In this document: one piece after another, positions 1 through 8,245 of the stretch | Numbering within the stretch: position 1 is the first letter of the stretch | Layout of the letters: the number at the start of each line of letters is the position of its first letter | From: an uncultured Flavonifractor sp. | GTDB taxonomy: Bacteria > Bacillota > Clostridia > Oscillospirales > Oscillospiraceae | Length of the DNA: 64,000 nt | Assembly (NCBI GenBank): GCA_944383135.1 | Contig: CALWOL010000074.1 | Span: 5,483-69,482, forward strand | Reading direction: 5' to 3' | Position numbers and translations under genes: made by a program | Notes under the pieces: model-generated | The model's database searches: none | Seen by the model: the letters and a program-made list of their open reading frames with translations, nothing else | What the model was told of the DNA's origin: nothing

Positions 1-1
1 C

Positions 2-616
2 CAGGCGGTGAAGCGGCTCATCCGGGGCATGTTCAAAAAAATGGTGCTGGTGGCCCTGCTGGGCCAGGTGCTGGAGCGGCTGCTGGAGGCGCGGCTGTGC
101 CTGCCGGTGAGCCTGGGGCTGATCGTGGTGTGCTACTTCACCCTCTATTTCGACCTGTCGGGGTACAGCGACATCGCCATCGCCGTGGCCGCCTTTACCG
201 GCTTTACCGTGGCGGAGAACTTCAAGGAGCCCCTGACCGCCGCCAGCTTCACCCAGTTCTGGCGGAAGTGGCACGTCACCCTCAGCGACTGGATTCGGGA
301 GCACATCTTCGTGGTGGTCAGCGGCAGGCGGCTCAGCCGCCCCGCCTCCGCCGCCATCGGCATGTGCACCATGCTGGTGATGAGCATGTGGCACGGCTTC
401 AGCTGGAAAAACCTGGCCTGCGGCGCCTTCATGGGCGGCCTGCTGGCCCTGGAGAACCTGCTGGGCCTTACCACCGCTGACCGGCGGCGGATGCCGGAGG
501 GCGTGTTCCGGCTGCGCTGCCTGCTGGTCAACTTCGCGTTCGGCATCAACGCCCTGTCCTTCTCCATGGATTTGGGGCAGATGGCGGAAGTGGTGAAAGG
601 ACTGTTCCGCCTATGA
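2..616 (+). CDS. MBOAT family O-acyltransferase (DltB/AlgI-like), 5'-truncated by window edge
   Basis: Motifs DLSGYSDIAI, ENFxxP, FWRKWHVTLSDW and catalytic MWHG; frame is open from position 2. Confidence 0.9.
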   Translation, partial: QAVKRLIRGMFKKMVLVALLGQVLERLLEARLCLPVSLGLIVVCYFTLYFDLSGYSDIAIAVAAFTGFTVAENFKEPLTAASFTQFWRKWHVTLSDWIREHIFVVVSGRRLSRPASAAIGMCTMLVMSMWHGFSWKNLACGAFMGGLLALENLLGLTTADRRRMPEGVFRLRCLLVNFAFGINALSFSMDLGQMAEVVKGLFRL

Positions 617-1503
617 GACAATGGATCAAACGATATGCCTTCCTCCTGCTGCTGGCGGCGGTGCTGGCGGGGGGAGAGGCGGTTCTCACCCTCACCGACC
701 CGGTGGGGCGGATGACCTGCATCTGGCGCAACGACTACGAGCTGATTCGCCTGGAGCATCCGGACATGACCTTTGAAAAGGCCATCTTCGGCAGCAGCGC
801 CGTCACCGCCTCCTACATCGAGGGGCGGGAGGGAAGCGTGGGCTATGCCAACATCGGCATGGACTACGGTACCGTAAAGGACATCACCGAAATGCTGGAG
901 CAGGGAAAGCTGACGGTGACGGAGGATCTGGTGCTGGGCCTGAACAACCTGTCCTTCCTGGACAGCCTGCCCACCAACGCCACCTACCCCTGGCACCGGA
1001 AATGGTATGAGCCCTACCTCTACTTCCAGCGGGACCGGCTGAGCCAGCTGCTTACCGACGGGGTGGACCATCTCCTCCGGGGGGAGCCCTTTGTCAGCGT
1101 GGACTCCAGCAGCCAGCAGCGGGCGGTGTACCGGGGAGCTCTGTCCGACGCCGACCTGATGACCAGCTGGGAGAGCCTGGTGGAGCGGTTCGGGGAGACC
1201 ACCCCCGCCGACTGCGCCGAGAATTTCGCCGCCCTGGACCGGCTGGCCGCCTGGTGCGGGGACCACGGGGTCCGGCTGCGGGCCATCTGGATGCCCTGGA
1301 ACGGCAAGCTGGAAATCTATCCCGCCGCCCAGGGCATTATGGACTACGCCGATGAGCAGCTGGAGCGGCTGGGCATCGAGACCCTGGACATGACCCGGGT
1401 GGTGGAGGACCAGTACTTCTTTGACACGGGGCACCTGGACTACGACACCGGCGCCCCCTGGTTTACCGACTACATTGATCCCTGGCTGGCGGAGGAGGAC
1501 TGA
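613..1503 (+). CDS. Membrane-anchored SGNH-like acyltransferase (DltD/AlgJ-like)
   Basis: N-terminal TM anchor, IFGSS block I, C-terminal FFDTGHL (DxxH); ATGA overlap with the MBOAT gene. Confidence 0.7.
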   Translation: MRQWIKRYAFLLLLAAVLAGGEAVLTLTDPVGRMTCIWRNDYELIRLEHPDMTFEKAIFGSSAVTASYIEGREGSVGYANIGMDYGTVKDITEMLEQGKLTVTEDLVLGLNNLSFLDSLPTNATYPWHRKWYEPYLYFQRDRLSQLLTDGVDHLLRGEPFVSVDSSSQQRAVYRGALSDADLMTSWESLVERFGETTPADCAENFAALDRLAAWCGDHGVRLRAIWMPWNGKLEIYPAAQGIMDYADEQLERLGIETLDMTRVVEDQYFFDTGHLDYDTGAPWFTDYIDPWLAEED

Positions 1504-1504
1504 G

Positions 1505-2962
1505 ATGGAGGAGAACAAGAGAGTGCCGGAGGGAGAGTGCCTCCTCCGCCGGGAGCTGGACGGCTCCGCCGGAAAGCCGGGGCTGCTCCTGCTGCTGCCG
1601 GCGGCGGCACTGATTCTGCTGGCGGCGGCGGCCATCTGCCGGGAGTCGGGGGCCATCCAGCCGCTGTACACCGGGGCCGCCCTGGGGGGACTGTTCTGCC
1701 TCATCCTGCTGGTCCGGCTGCTGACGGGGGAGAGCCGGGTGTGGCTGCTCCTGCTGCTGGCGGGGGCGGCTGTCCTGCGGGGGGTATTTGCCCTGAAGTG
1801 GACGGTGTGGCCCCACGGGGACTACCTGACCAGCTGGAACCTGGCCCTGGAGCTCTCCCGGGCCGGAGCGGGGGCGTGGCGCGGCCTGGTACAGGGCGCC
1901 GGACTGGAGGGAGGCGTGCCCTTTGCCCTCTATGAGAGCCTGGTGCTCCGGCTCTTCGGCCCCACCCTGGAGGCGGTGCAGCTGACCAACGGGGTGTGGG
2001 GCGGGGTGAGCTGCCTGTTTACCGCCCTGCTGGGGGAGAAGCTGGCCGGCTCCCGGCTGGCCGGGCTGACGGCGGGGGGGATGCTGGCCCTCTGTCCCAC
2101 CCTGCTTTTTTCCGCCGGAGTGCTCACCTCCATGCCCCTGTACACCGCCCTGCTGCTGGCGGGACTGTGGCTGCTGCTCTGCCGCCCCCTGACCCGGACC
2201 CTTCTCAATCACGGCCTGGCGGGAGCGGCCTGGGGCCTGTGCCTGGTGCTGGAGCCCGGCCTGCCCCTCCCCCTGCTGGGGGCAGCGGCCTGGCTGGCGC
2301 TCACCCTGGCCGGACGGAAACGGGACGGCGGGCTGGCGAAGCGGGCGCTGACCCTGGCCGTGGCTCTGCTGCTGGTCTGGCTGGCGGCGGGAGGACTGGT
2401 CTGGCTGCTCACCGGCGCCGCCCCCCTGGCGGGACTGCATGCGGCGGAGTGCTCCCTCCGGAGCATGGCGGAGCGGGTGCGGGTACAGTTTGCCTCCTAT
2501 GATTACAGCTGGGCCAGGGTGGATGGGGGTACCCCCGCCCGGGAGAAGATTGTGACCACGGTGATGCACCCGCTGCTGCAAAGCTATCTGCTGGGGCTGC
2601 TGCTGCTGGCCCTGTGGGGGCTGCTGGCGGAGCTGCGGGGGCTGCGCCGGAGCGCGCTGCTGCCCTGCGCCCTGCTGCTGGCGGGGGCGGCGGCGGCCAT
2701 GGTGCTGCCGGCGGACCCCATCTCCAACAGCTGGGCCATCCCCCTGTTTGCCCTGCTGGGCGGAGGACCCGCCAGACAGCTGGGGGAGTGGACGGCGCGG
2801 ATGGCCGCCCCGGAGCAAAAGGGGCGGAAGAAGGCACCGCCTCTGCCTGCCCCCCTGTGGGTGACAAAGCTGATAATCAGTGTGGCGGTGTACGCCGCCA
2901 TGCTGGCCCTGATCCTGATTTTCTTTACCGGAAACGGCGTGTTTGTCTACGAGGCGTTTTGA
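1505..2962 (+). CDS. Polytopic membrane protein, GT-C/PMT(ArnT)-like, with C-terminal DltX-like helix ending FVYEAF
   Basis: Many hydrophobic helices, loop motif PHGDYLTSW after early TMs; ATG at 1505 just after the upstream stop; C-terminus FFTGNGVFVYEAF. Confidence 0.55.
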   Translation: MEENKRVPEGECLLRRELDGSAGKPGLLLLLPAAALILLAAAAICRESGAIQPLYTGAALGGLFCLILLVRLLTGESRVWLLLLLAGAAVLRGVFALKWTVWPHGDYLTSWNLALELSRAGAGAWRGLVQGAGLEGGVPFALYESLVLRLFGPTLEAVQLTNGVWGGVSCLFTALLGEKLAGSRLAGLTAGGMLALCPTLLFSAGVLTSMPLYTALLLAGLWLLLCRPLTRTLLNHGLAGAAWGLCLVLEPGLPLPLLGAAAWLALTLAGRKRDGGLAKRALTLAVALLLVWLAAGGLVWLLTGAAPLAGLHAAECSLRSMAERVRVQFASYDYSWARVDGGTPAREKIVTTVMHPLLQSYLLGLLLLALWGLLAELRGLRRSALLPCALLLAGAAAAMVLPADPISNSWAIPLFALLGGGPARQLGEWTARMAAPEQKGRKKAPPLPAPLWVTKLIISVAVYAAMLALILIFFTGNGVFVYEAF

Positions 2963-5418
2963 TGAAGCAAGTACAACACAGAGAAACCGGCGGGTATTTC
3001 CTCCTGTGGGCCGCCGCCTTCCTGCTGTGGGAGGCGGTGGTGCAGTCGGCGGCGGGGGAGAGCTTCCGGGTCTGGCCGGCGGCGGGCTTCTGCCTGGCCG
3101 CCGCGGCCCTGGGCACCGCCGCCTGCGGTCTGCCCGGCTGGCTGGGCGGAAAGGTGGGGGCGGTGCTCTTCCCCCTGGCCTATACCTACTACGGCACCCA
3201 GCTGGTCTACTGGGATATTTTCGGCTCCTACCTGTCCCTGGCCTATGCCGCCATGGGCGGTGAGGCGGTCACCGCCTTCTCCTCCATCGCGGCGGCGGCC
3301 ATCTGGCGCTGCCTGCCCCGGCTGCTGGTGATGGCCCTGCCCATGGCGGCCTTCTATGTGCTGCGGCGGAAAAAATGGCTGCCCATCGCCGGCCGGTCCC
3401 TGAAGGTCCAGCTGGCCCTGGCGGGGACCGGCGTGGTGCTGCCGGTGGCGCTTGTGCTGACCCTGCCCCTGATGGGGACGGGGCCGGGCACCCCGGAGGG
3501 GGCCTTTGACAGCCCCTCCGCCACCATTGACCGGCGGGCGGAGCAGCTGGGCCTGCTGAGCGCCGGACTGCTGGACGCCAGGCAGGTCCTGCTGGGCAGC
3601 GGCGGGGTGCGGGTTTCCGGCGGGCTGGACCTCACCGCCGGGGGCCGGGGGGCCAGAAATGTGCTGGACGGCATGGACTTCGCCGCCCTGGACGGGGAGA
3701 CGGAGGAGGAGGACCTGCACAGCCTGAACCAGTATTTTGCCGCCCTCCAGGGGACGGCAAAAAACCGCTATACCGGGCTGTTTGAGGGCTATAACCTGAT
3801 TGTCGTCTGCGCCGAGGCCTTTTCCCCCTACCTGCTGGACGCCCAGCTGACCCCCACCCTCTTCCGCATGGCCAGCGAGGGCATTGTGTTCCGCAATTTC
3901 TACAACAGCTTTCCCAACCTCACTACCAACGGGGAGTACGGCCTGTGCACGGGCCTGATGCCCGACGTGAGCCGGATGAGCTTTGCCGTGTCCAAGGACA
4001 ACTACCTGCCCTTCTGCCTGGGCAATGTGTTTGCCGCCCAGGCGGGGGTGGAGGCCCGGGCCTACCACAACAACATCGGCACCTTTTATGATCGGGTCAA
4101 CACCCACACCAACATGGGCTACACCTTTGAGGCCATCGACTTCGGCTTGGACATGGAGCCGCAGAGCCCCACCTCCGATTTGGAGATGCTGGAAAAGACA
4201 GTGGACGAGTACCTGGGCCAGGAGCCCTTCCACGCCTACTACATGACCTACTCCGGCCACGCCGACTATACCTTTGCCGACAATGCCGTCAGCGCCCAGA
4301 ATGAGGCGCTGGTGGCGGAGCTGGAGGGCTCGGAGGAGCTGCGGGCCTATTACGCCTGCCAGCTGGAGCTGGAGCGGGCCATGGAATACCTGCTGGGCCG
4401 TCTGGAGGAGGAGGGGCTTGCCCAACGCACGGTGGTGGTGCTCACCGGAGACCACGCCCCCTACGGCCTGCCGGAGGAGGACTACGAAGCCCTGGCGGGG
4501 GAGCGGGCGGAGGAGCCCTTCTGGCAGTACCGCAACAGCTTCCTCTGCTGGACCGGCGCCCTGGAAGAGCCCATTGTGGTGGAGGATTACTGCTGCACCA
4601 TGGATATCCTGCCCACCTTGCTCAACCTGTTCGGCTTCTCCTATGATTCCCGGCTGCTCACCGGCCGGGACGTCCTCTCCGACTGCACCCACGCCGCCCT
4701 GCTGAAGGACGGCAGCTTCCTGACGGAGGACATGGTGTACGACGCCGCCACCGGGGAAATCACCTGGCGGAGGGAAGAAGGGGAGGAGGCATACGCCCAG
4801 GAACTGGTCCAGGCGGTGGAGGACGCCTTTTCGGTGGCGGCCGCCATTCTGGATACCGACTACTACGGCTGGGCCTTCCGCACCCTGGGCTTGTCCGCCG
4901 GACGGACGGAGCGGGAGGAATATGCCAGCTATGCCGACATCGCGGGCACCTGGTACGAGGAGGCGGTGGAATCCCTCACCTCCCTGGGAGCCCTCAGCGG
5001 CGGCGGCACCGGCGCCTTTATGGGGGAGACTCCCGCCAGCCGGGCGGCGGTGCTGGCCATGCTTACCCGGGGCCTCGGCCTGGAGGCGGGGACGGAGGAG
5101 CCGCCCTACACCGACCTGGAGGAGGGACTCTGGTACGGGGAGCCCATACGGGCCGCCTGGGCGGCGGGCCTGCTGCCGGAGGGAGAGAGCCGCTTCCGGC
5201 CGGATGACGCCATTACGCCGGAGGAGATGGAGGACTTTTTTGCCGCTGCGGCCCGGCTCCAGGGCGCCGAGGAAAGCCAGACACTGGCGGCCCACACGGT
5301 TGCCCAGGCGCTGGAGCGGCAGGAGCGGGAGCATCCGGAGCTGGCGGAGGGAACTGTCCTCCGGGGCACGGCGGCCTGGGCCGCCGCGGCGCTGCTGGAG
5401 GCGCTGCCCACAGAGTAA
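2962..5418 (+). CDS. LTA synthase (LtaS/sulfatase) family protein with C-terminal SLH domains
   Basis: About 5 N-terminal TMs; CAEAF, TTNGEY (catalytic Thr), YHNN, SGH, TGDH; SLH-like YADIAGTWYEEAV and FRPDDAIT; start overlaps the upstream TGA. Confidence 0.85.
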   Translation: MKQVQHRETGGYFLLWAAAFLLWEAVVQSAAGESFRVWPAAGFCLAAAALGTAACGLPGWLGGKVGAVLFPLAYTYYGTQLVYWDIFGSYLSLAYAAMGGEAVTAFSSIAAAAIWRCLPRLLVMALPMAAFYVLRRKKWLPIAGRSLKVQLALAGTGVVLPVALVLTLPLMGTGPGTPEGAFDSPSATIDRRAEQLGLLSAGLLDARQVLLGSGGVRVSGGLDLTAGGRGARNVLDGMDFAALDGETEEEDLHSLNQYFAALQGTAKNRYTGLFEGYNLIVVCAEAFSPYLLDAQLTPTLFRMASEGIVFRNFYNSFPNLTTNGEYGLCTGLMPDVSRMSFAVSKDNYLPFCLGNVFAAQAGVEARAYHNNIGTFYDRVNTHTNMGYTFEAIDFGLDMEPQSPTSDLEMLEKTVDEYLGQEPFHAYYMTYSGHADYTFADNAVSAQNEALVAELEGSEELRAYYACQLELERAMEYLLGRLEEEGLAQRTVVVLTGDHAPYGLPEEDYEALAGERAEEPFWQYRNSFLCWTGALEEPIVVEDYCCTMDILPTLLNLFGFSYDSRLLTGRDVLSDCTHAALLKDGSFLTEDMVYDAATGEITWRREEGEEAYAQELVQAVEDAFSVAAAILDTDYYGWAFRTLGLSAGRTEREEYASYADIAGTWYEEAVESLTSLGALSGGGTGAFMGETPASRAAVLAMLTRGLGLEAGTEEPPYTDLEEGLWYGEPIRAAWAAGLLPEGESRFRPDDAITPEEMEDFFAAAARLQGAEESQTLAAHTVAQALERQEREHPELAEGTVLRGTAAWAAAALLEALPTE

Positions 5419-5423
5419 ACAGG

Positions 5424-5461
5424 AAGCGGGGTCTGCCGCCCATGGGCGGCAGACCCCGCTT
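5424..5461. terminator. Hairpin between convergent genes (probable bidirectional terminator)
   Basis: Perfect inverted repeat AAGCGGGGTCTGCCGCCC-at-GGGCGGCAGACCCCGCTT. Confidence 0.75.
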
Positions 5462-5462
5462 G

Positions 5463-5966
5463 TCAGTAGGGATAGGTGCTCCAGGTATTTGCTCCGGACA
5501 GGTCGGTGAAGAGCAGGCCGGAGGGCGGCAGGAAGGTAAAGACCAGCAGCACGGCTCCCAGGGCCAGCACCAGCAGCAGGAGCAGGCCCTGGCCCTTTTC
5601 CCAGACAGGGCCGTCCAGGAAATAGGGCAGAAGCAGGCTGACCGCCATGGACAGCACATAGAGCACAATGTCAAACAGCAGGCTCTCCCCGCCCAGGCAG
5701 ATGTGATACCCATAGCCCGCCGCCAGCATAACCGCCGCTGCCAGCAGCAGGGAAAAGGCACGGGGGCCTGGACGGTCCCGCAGCAGCAGGCCGGTGACGA
5801 GGCAGGGCCAGTAGAGCAGCTTTCCGTGCTCCCACAGGCTCTCCGATACCGGGGCAAACAGGGCGGTGACGGGGCAGGGGAGGAGCGCGTGGAGAAAGTG
5901 CAGGCAGCTTCCGGCCACCACCGCGGCCGCGAAGGCCAGCAGCACGGAGCGGGACAGACGGGACAT
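5463..5966 (-). CDS. Membrane protein, DUF6512-like
   Basis: LHFL...FAPVSESLWEHGKLLYWP and FTFLPPSGLLFTD motifs; RBS GGAAAGGGG before the ATG at 5966. Confidence 0.7.
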   Translation of the reverse strand: MSRLSRSVLLAFAAAVVAGSCLHFLHALLPCPVTALFAPVSESLWEHGKLLYWPCLVTGLLLRDRPGPRAFSLLLAAAVMLAAGYGYHICLGGESLLFDIVLYVLSMAVSLLLPYFLDGPVWEKGQGLLLLLVLALGAVLLVFTFLPPSGLLFTDLSGANTWSTYPY

Positions 5967-5994
5967 GGTGACAACCCCCTTTCCACTTCGGTAC

Positions 5995-6023
5995 AGCTTA
6001 TGCCGGTTTCCCCACAAACATGC
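5995..6023 (-). promoter_or_regulatory. Putative sigmaE (mother-cell sporulation) promoter
   Basis: Minus strand GCATGTT-N14-CATAAGCT, matching the sigmaE -35/-10 consensus and spacing. Confidence 0.5.
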
Positions 6024-6130
6024 GGCTGAAAAATGAAAGAACATTTTATAACTCTTGCATAAAAAGGCGGTATCTATTTTCAGACCTTTCTGTTTTGCAT
6101 TACAAAAGAAGCTGAATCTCAAAAACGGGC

Positions 6131-6159
6131 TTGACATTCCCGACAATCCCCGGTATACT
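6131..6159 (+). promoter_or_regulatory. sigmaA promoter of glnA
   Basis: TTGACA-N17-TATACT. Confidence 0.85.
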
Positions 6160-6172
6160 GCCCATAGAGTCG

Positions 6173-6222
6173 AGGACAAAGAAGTTCCCGCCATCCGGCC
6201 GGAAGTTCTTTGTCCTTTTTTT
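6173..6222 (+). promoter_or_regulatory. glnA leader attenuator: terminator overlapping an ANTAR-type hairpin
   Basis: AGGACAAAGAA pairs with TTCTTTGTCCT, followed by a T-run; alternative hairpin GGAC-AAAGAA-GTTC has a hexaloop with A1/G4. Confidence 0.7.
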
Positions 6223-6251
6223 ATTTACAGGCACGAGAGGAGCTGTTTGTG

Positions 6252-7583
6252 ATGTCATACACCAAGGAAGAGATTATCCGTAAGGTCAGGGAGGAGGACA
6301 TTGCGTTCATCCGCCTGCAGTTCACCGATATTTTCGGCCAGCTAAAGAACGTGGCCATTACCGCCTCCCAGATTGAGAAGGCGGTGAACAACCAGATCAT
6401 GTTTGACGGCTCCTCCATTGAGGGCTTTGTCCGCATCGACGAGTCGGACCAGTATCTCTACCCCGATTTGGACTCCTTTGCCGTGTTTCCCTGGCGGCCC
6501 AGCCACGGCAAGGTGGCCCGCCTCATCTGCGACGTGCACAACCCAGACGGCACTCCCTTTGTGGGCGATCCCAGGAACGTGCTCAAGCGGGTGCTGAAAA
6601 AGGCGGCGGACATGGGCTACGATGCCTTCAACGTGGGGCCGGAGGCGGAGTTTTTCCTGTTCCAGACCGATGAGGAGGGGAAGCCCACCATTCAGACCAA
6701 CGACGAGGCGGGCTACTTTGACCTGGGTCCCCTGGATCACGGTGAGTCCACCCGCCGGGAAATCTGCATGGCGCTGGAGCAGATGGGCTTTGAGATCGAG
6801 GCCTCCCACCACGAGGTGGCCCAGGGGCAGCATGAGATTGACTTCAAGTATGCCGACGCCCTCCACACCGCCGACAACATTATGACCTTCAAGCTGGCGG
6901 TGAAAACCCTGGCCCAGAAAAACGGCCTCCACGCCACCTTCATGCCCAAGCCCATTTTCGGCATCAACGGTTCGGGGATGCACACCAACATGTCCCTCTT
7001 CCGGGGCGGCAGGAACGTGTTTTACGACGCCGAGGGGGAGAAGGGCCTGTCCCGGGAGGCATACAGCTTCATCGCGGGCCTGCTGGCCCACGTAAAGGGT
7101 ATGGCGGCGGTGACCAACCCCCTGGTCAACTCCTACAAGCGGCTGGTGCCCGGCTACGAGGCCCCCTGCTATCTGGCCTGGTCCGCCTCCAACCGCTCCG
7201 CCCTCATCCGCATCCCGGCGGCCCGGGGTCAGGCCACCCGGGTGGAGCTCCGCTCCCCCGATCCGGCCTGCAACCCCTATCTGGAGCTGGCGGTGTGTCT
7301 GGCCGCCGGACTGGACGGCATTGAGAAGGGCATGACCCCTCCCGCGGAGGTCACCGAAAACATCTTCGCCATGGATGCCGCCGCCCGAAAGGCCCACGGC
7401 ATCGAGAGCCTGCCCGGATCTCTGGAGGAGGCCATCGCCGCCCTGGAGGCCGATAAGCTCATCCTGAATACCCTGGGAGAACACGTAGCCGTCCGCTATC
7501 TGGAGGGCAAGAAGAAGGAATGGGACGAATTCCGTACCCGGGTTTCCTCCTGGGAGCGGGAGAAGTATATCATCAACTATTAA
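6252..7583 (+). CDS. glnA: Glutamine synthetase type I
   Basis: [29 protein letters not shown]...[19 protein letters not shown]. Confidence 0.97.
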   Translation: MSYTKEEIIRKVREEDIAFIRLQFTDIFGQLKNVAITASQIEKAVNNQIMFDGSSIEGFVRIDESDQYLYPDLDSFAVFPWRPSHGKVARLICDVHNPDGTPFVGDPRNVLKRVLKKAADMGYDAFNVGPEAEFFLFQTDEEGKPTIQTNDEAGYFDLGPLDHGESTRREICMALEQMGFEIEASHHEVAQGQHEIDFKYADALHTADNIMTFKLAVKTLAQKNGLHATFMPKPIFGINGSGMHTNMSLFRGGRNVFYDAEGEKGLSREAYSFIAGLLAHVKGMAAVTNPLVNSYKRLVPGYEAPCYLAWSASNRSALIRIPAARGQATRVELRSPDPACNPYLELAVCLAAGLDGIEKGMTPPAEVTENIFAMDAAARKAHGIESLPGSLEEAIAALEADKLILNTLGEHVAVRYLEGKKKEWDEFRTRVSSWEREKYIINY

Positions 7584-7617
7584 GTCCAAGCTGTCCTGGG
7601 GCAGGGAGGGAAGGAAC

Positions 7618-8163
7618 ATGGAGCAGGTGATTGTGGCCTTTGAAAGCGGCAGAACCGCCCAGCGGGTGAGAGACATTCTGGAGTCCGGCGGCACCGCCGC
7701 ATGCATCCTCTGCTCCTCCGCCGGGCAGGTGCGCCGCACCGTCCAGAAGCGCCACGTGACGGCGGTGGTATGCGGCTTCAAGCTGACGGACCAGACGGCG
7801 GAGGCCCTGTTCGCCGACTTGCCCCCCTCCTGCGCCATGCTGGTGCTGGCCACCCAGGATTTGCTGGATTTCATCCAGGAGCCGGACATCTTCCGGCTGG
7901 CCGCGCCGGTGTCCCGGGGGGATCTGACGGCGTCGGTGAGAATGCTCCTCCAAATGGGGCGGCGCCTGGAGCGGCTGCTCCGCCCCAGGCGCTCCCAGGA
8001 GGAGCAGGCCCTGGTGGGCCGGGCCAAGCAGCTGCTGATGGAGCGCAGCGGCATGACGGAGGAGGAGGCCCACCGGTTTTTACAGAAAACCAGCATGGAC
8101 AGCGGCAGCAAGCTCACAGAGACGGCCCAGCTGGTTTTGGACGGCGCAGAATGGGAATCATAA
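7618..8163 (+). CDS. ANTAR-domain antiterminator with pseudo-receiver domain (NitR-like)
   Basis: C-terminal AKQLLMERSGMTEEEAHRFLQKTSMD; receiver-like N-terminus has VVCG where the phospho-Asp is expected; lies between glnA and gltB. Confidence 0.9.
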   Translation: MEQVIVAFESGRTAQRVRDILESGGTAACILCSSAGQVRRTVQKRHVTAVVCGFKLTDQTAEALFADLPPSCAMLVLATQDLLDFIQEPDIFRLAAPVSRGDLTASVRMLLQMGRRLERLLRPRRSQEEQALVGRAKQLLMERSGMTEEEAHRFLQKTSMDSGSKLTETAQLVLDGAEWES

Positions 8164-8164
8164 G

Positions 8165-8216
8165 GAGACAAAGCAGTCTCGCGGCGGCAGTCCGGAGGCA
8201 TGGACTGCCGCCCTTT
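8165..8216 (+). promoter_or_regulatory. ANTAR-type hairpin followed by intrinsic terminator upstream of gltB
   Basis: GAGAC-AAAGCA-GTCTC, then GGCGGCAGTCC-N8-GGACTGCCGCC-CTTTT. Confidence 0.6.
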
Positions 8217-8245
8217 TGCTATCACCTGGAAGGGGGACGCACGGA

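Noticed and set aside
2614-2961. Extended N-terminus of the LTA synthase ORF (likewise 1421-1504, 46048-46188, 49482-49550)
   Set aside because: Upstream extensions lack an RBS or overlap other genes; downstream coupled or RBS-supported starts fit better.
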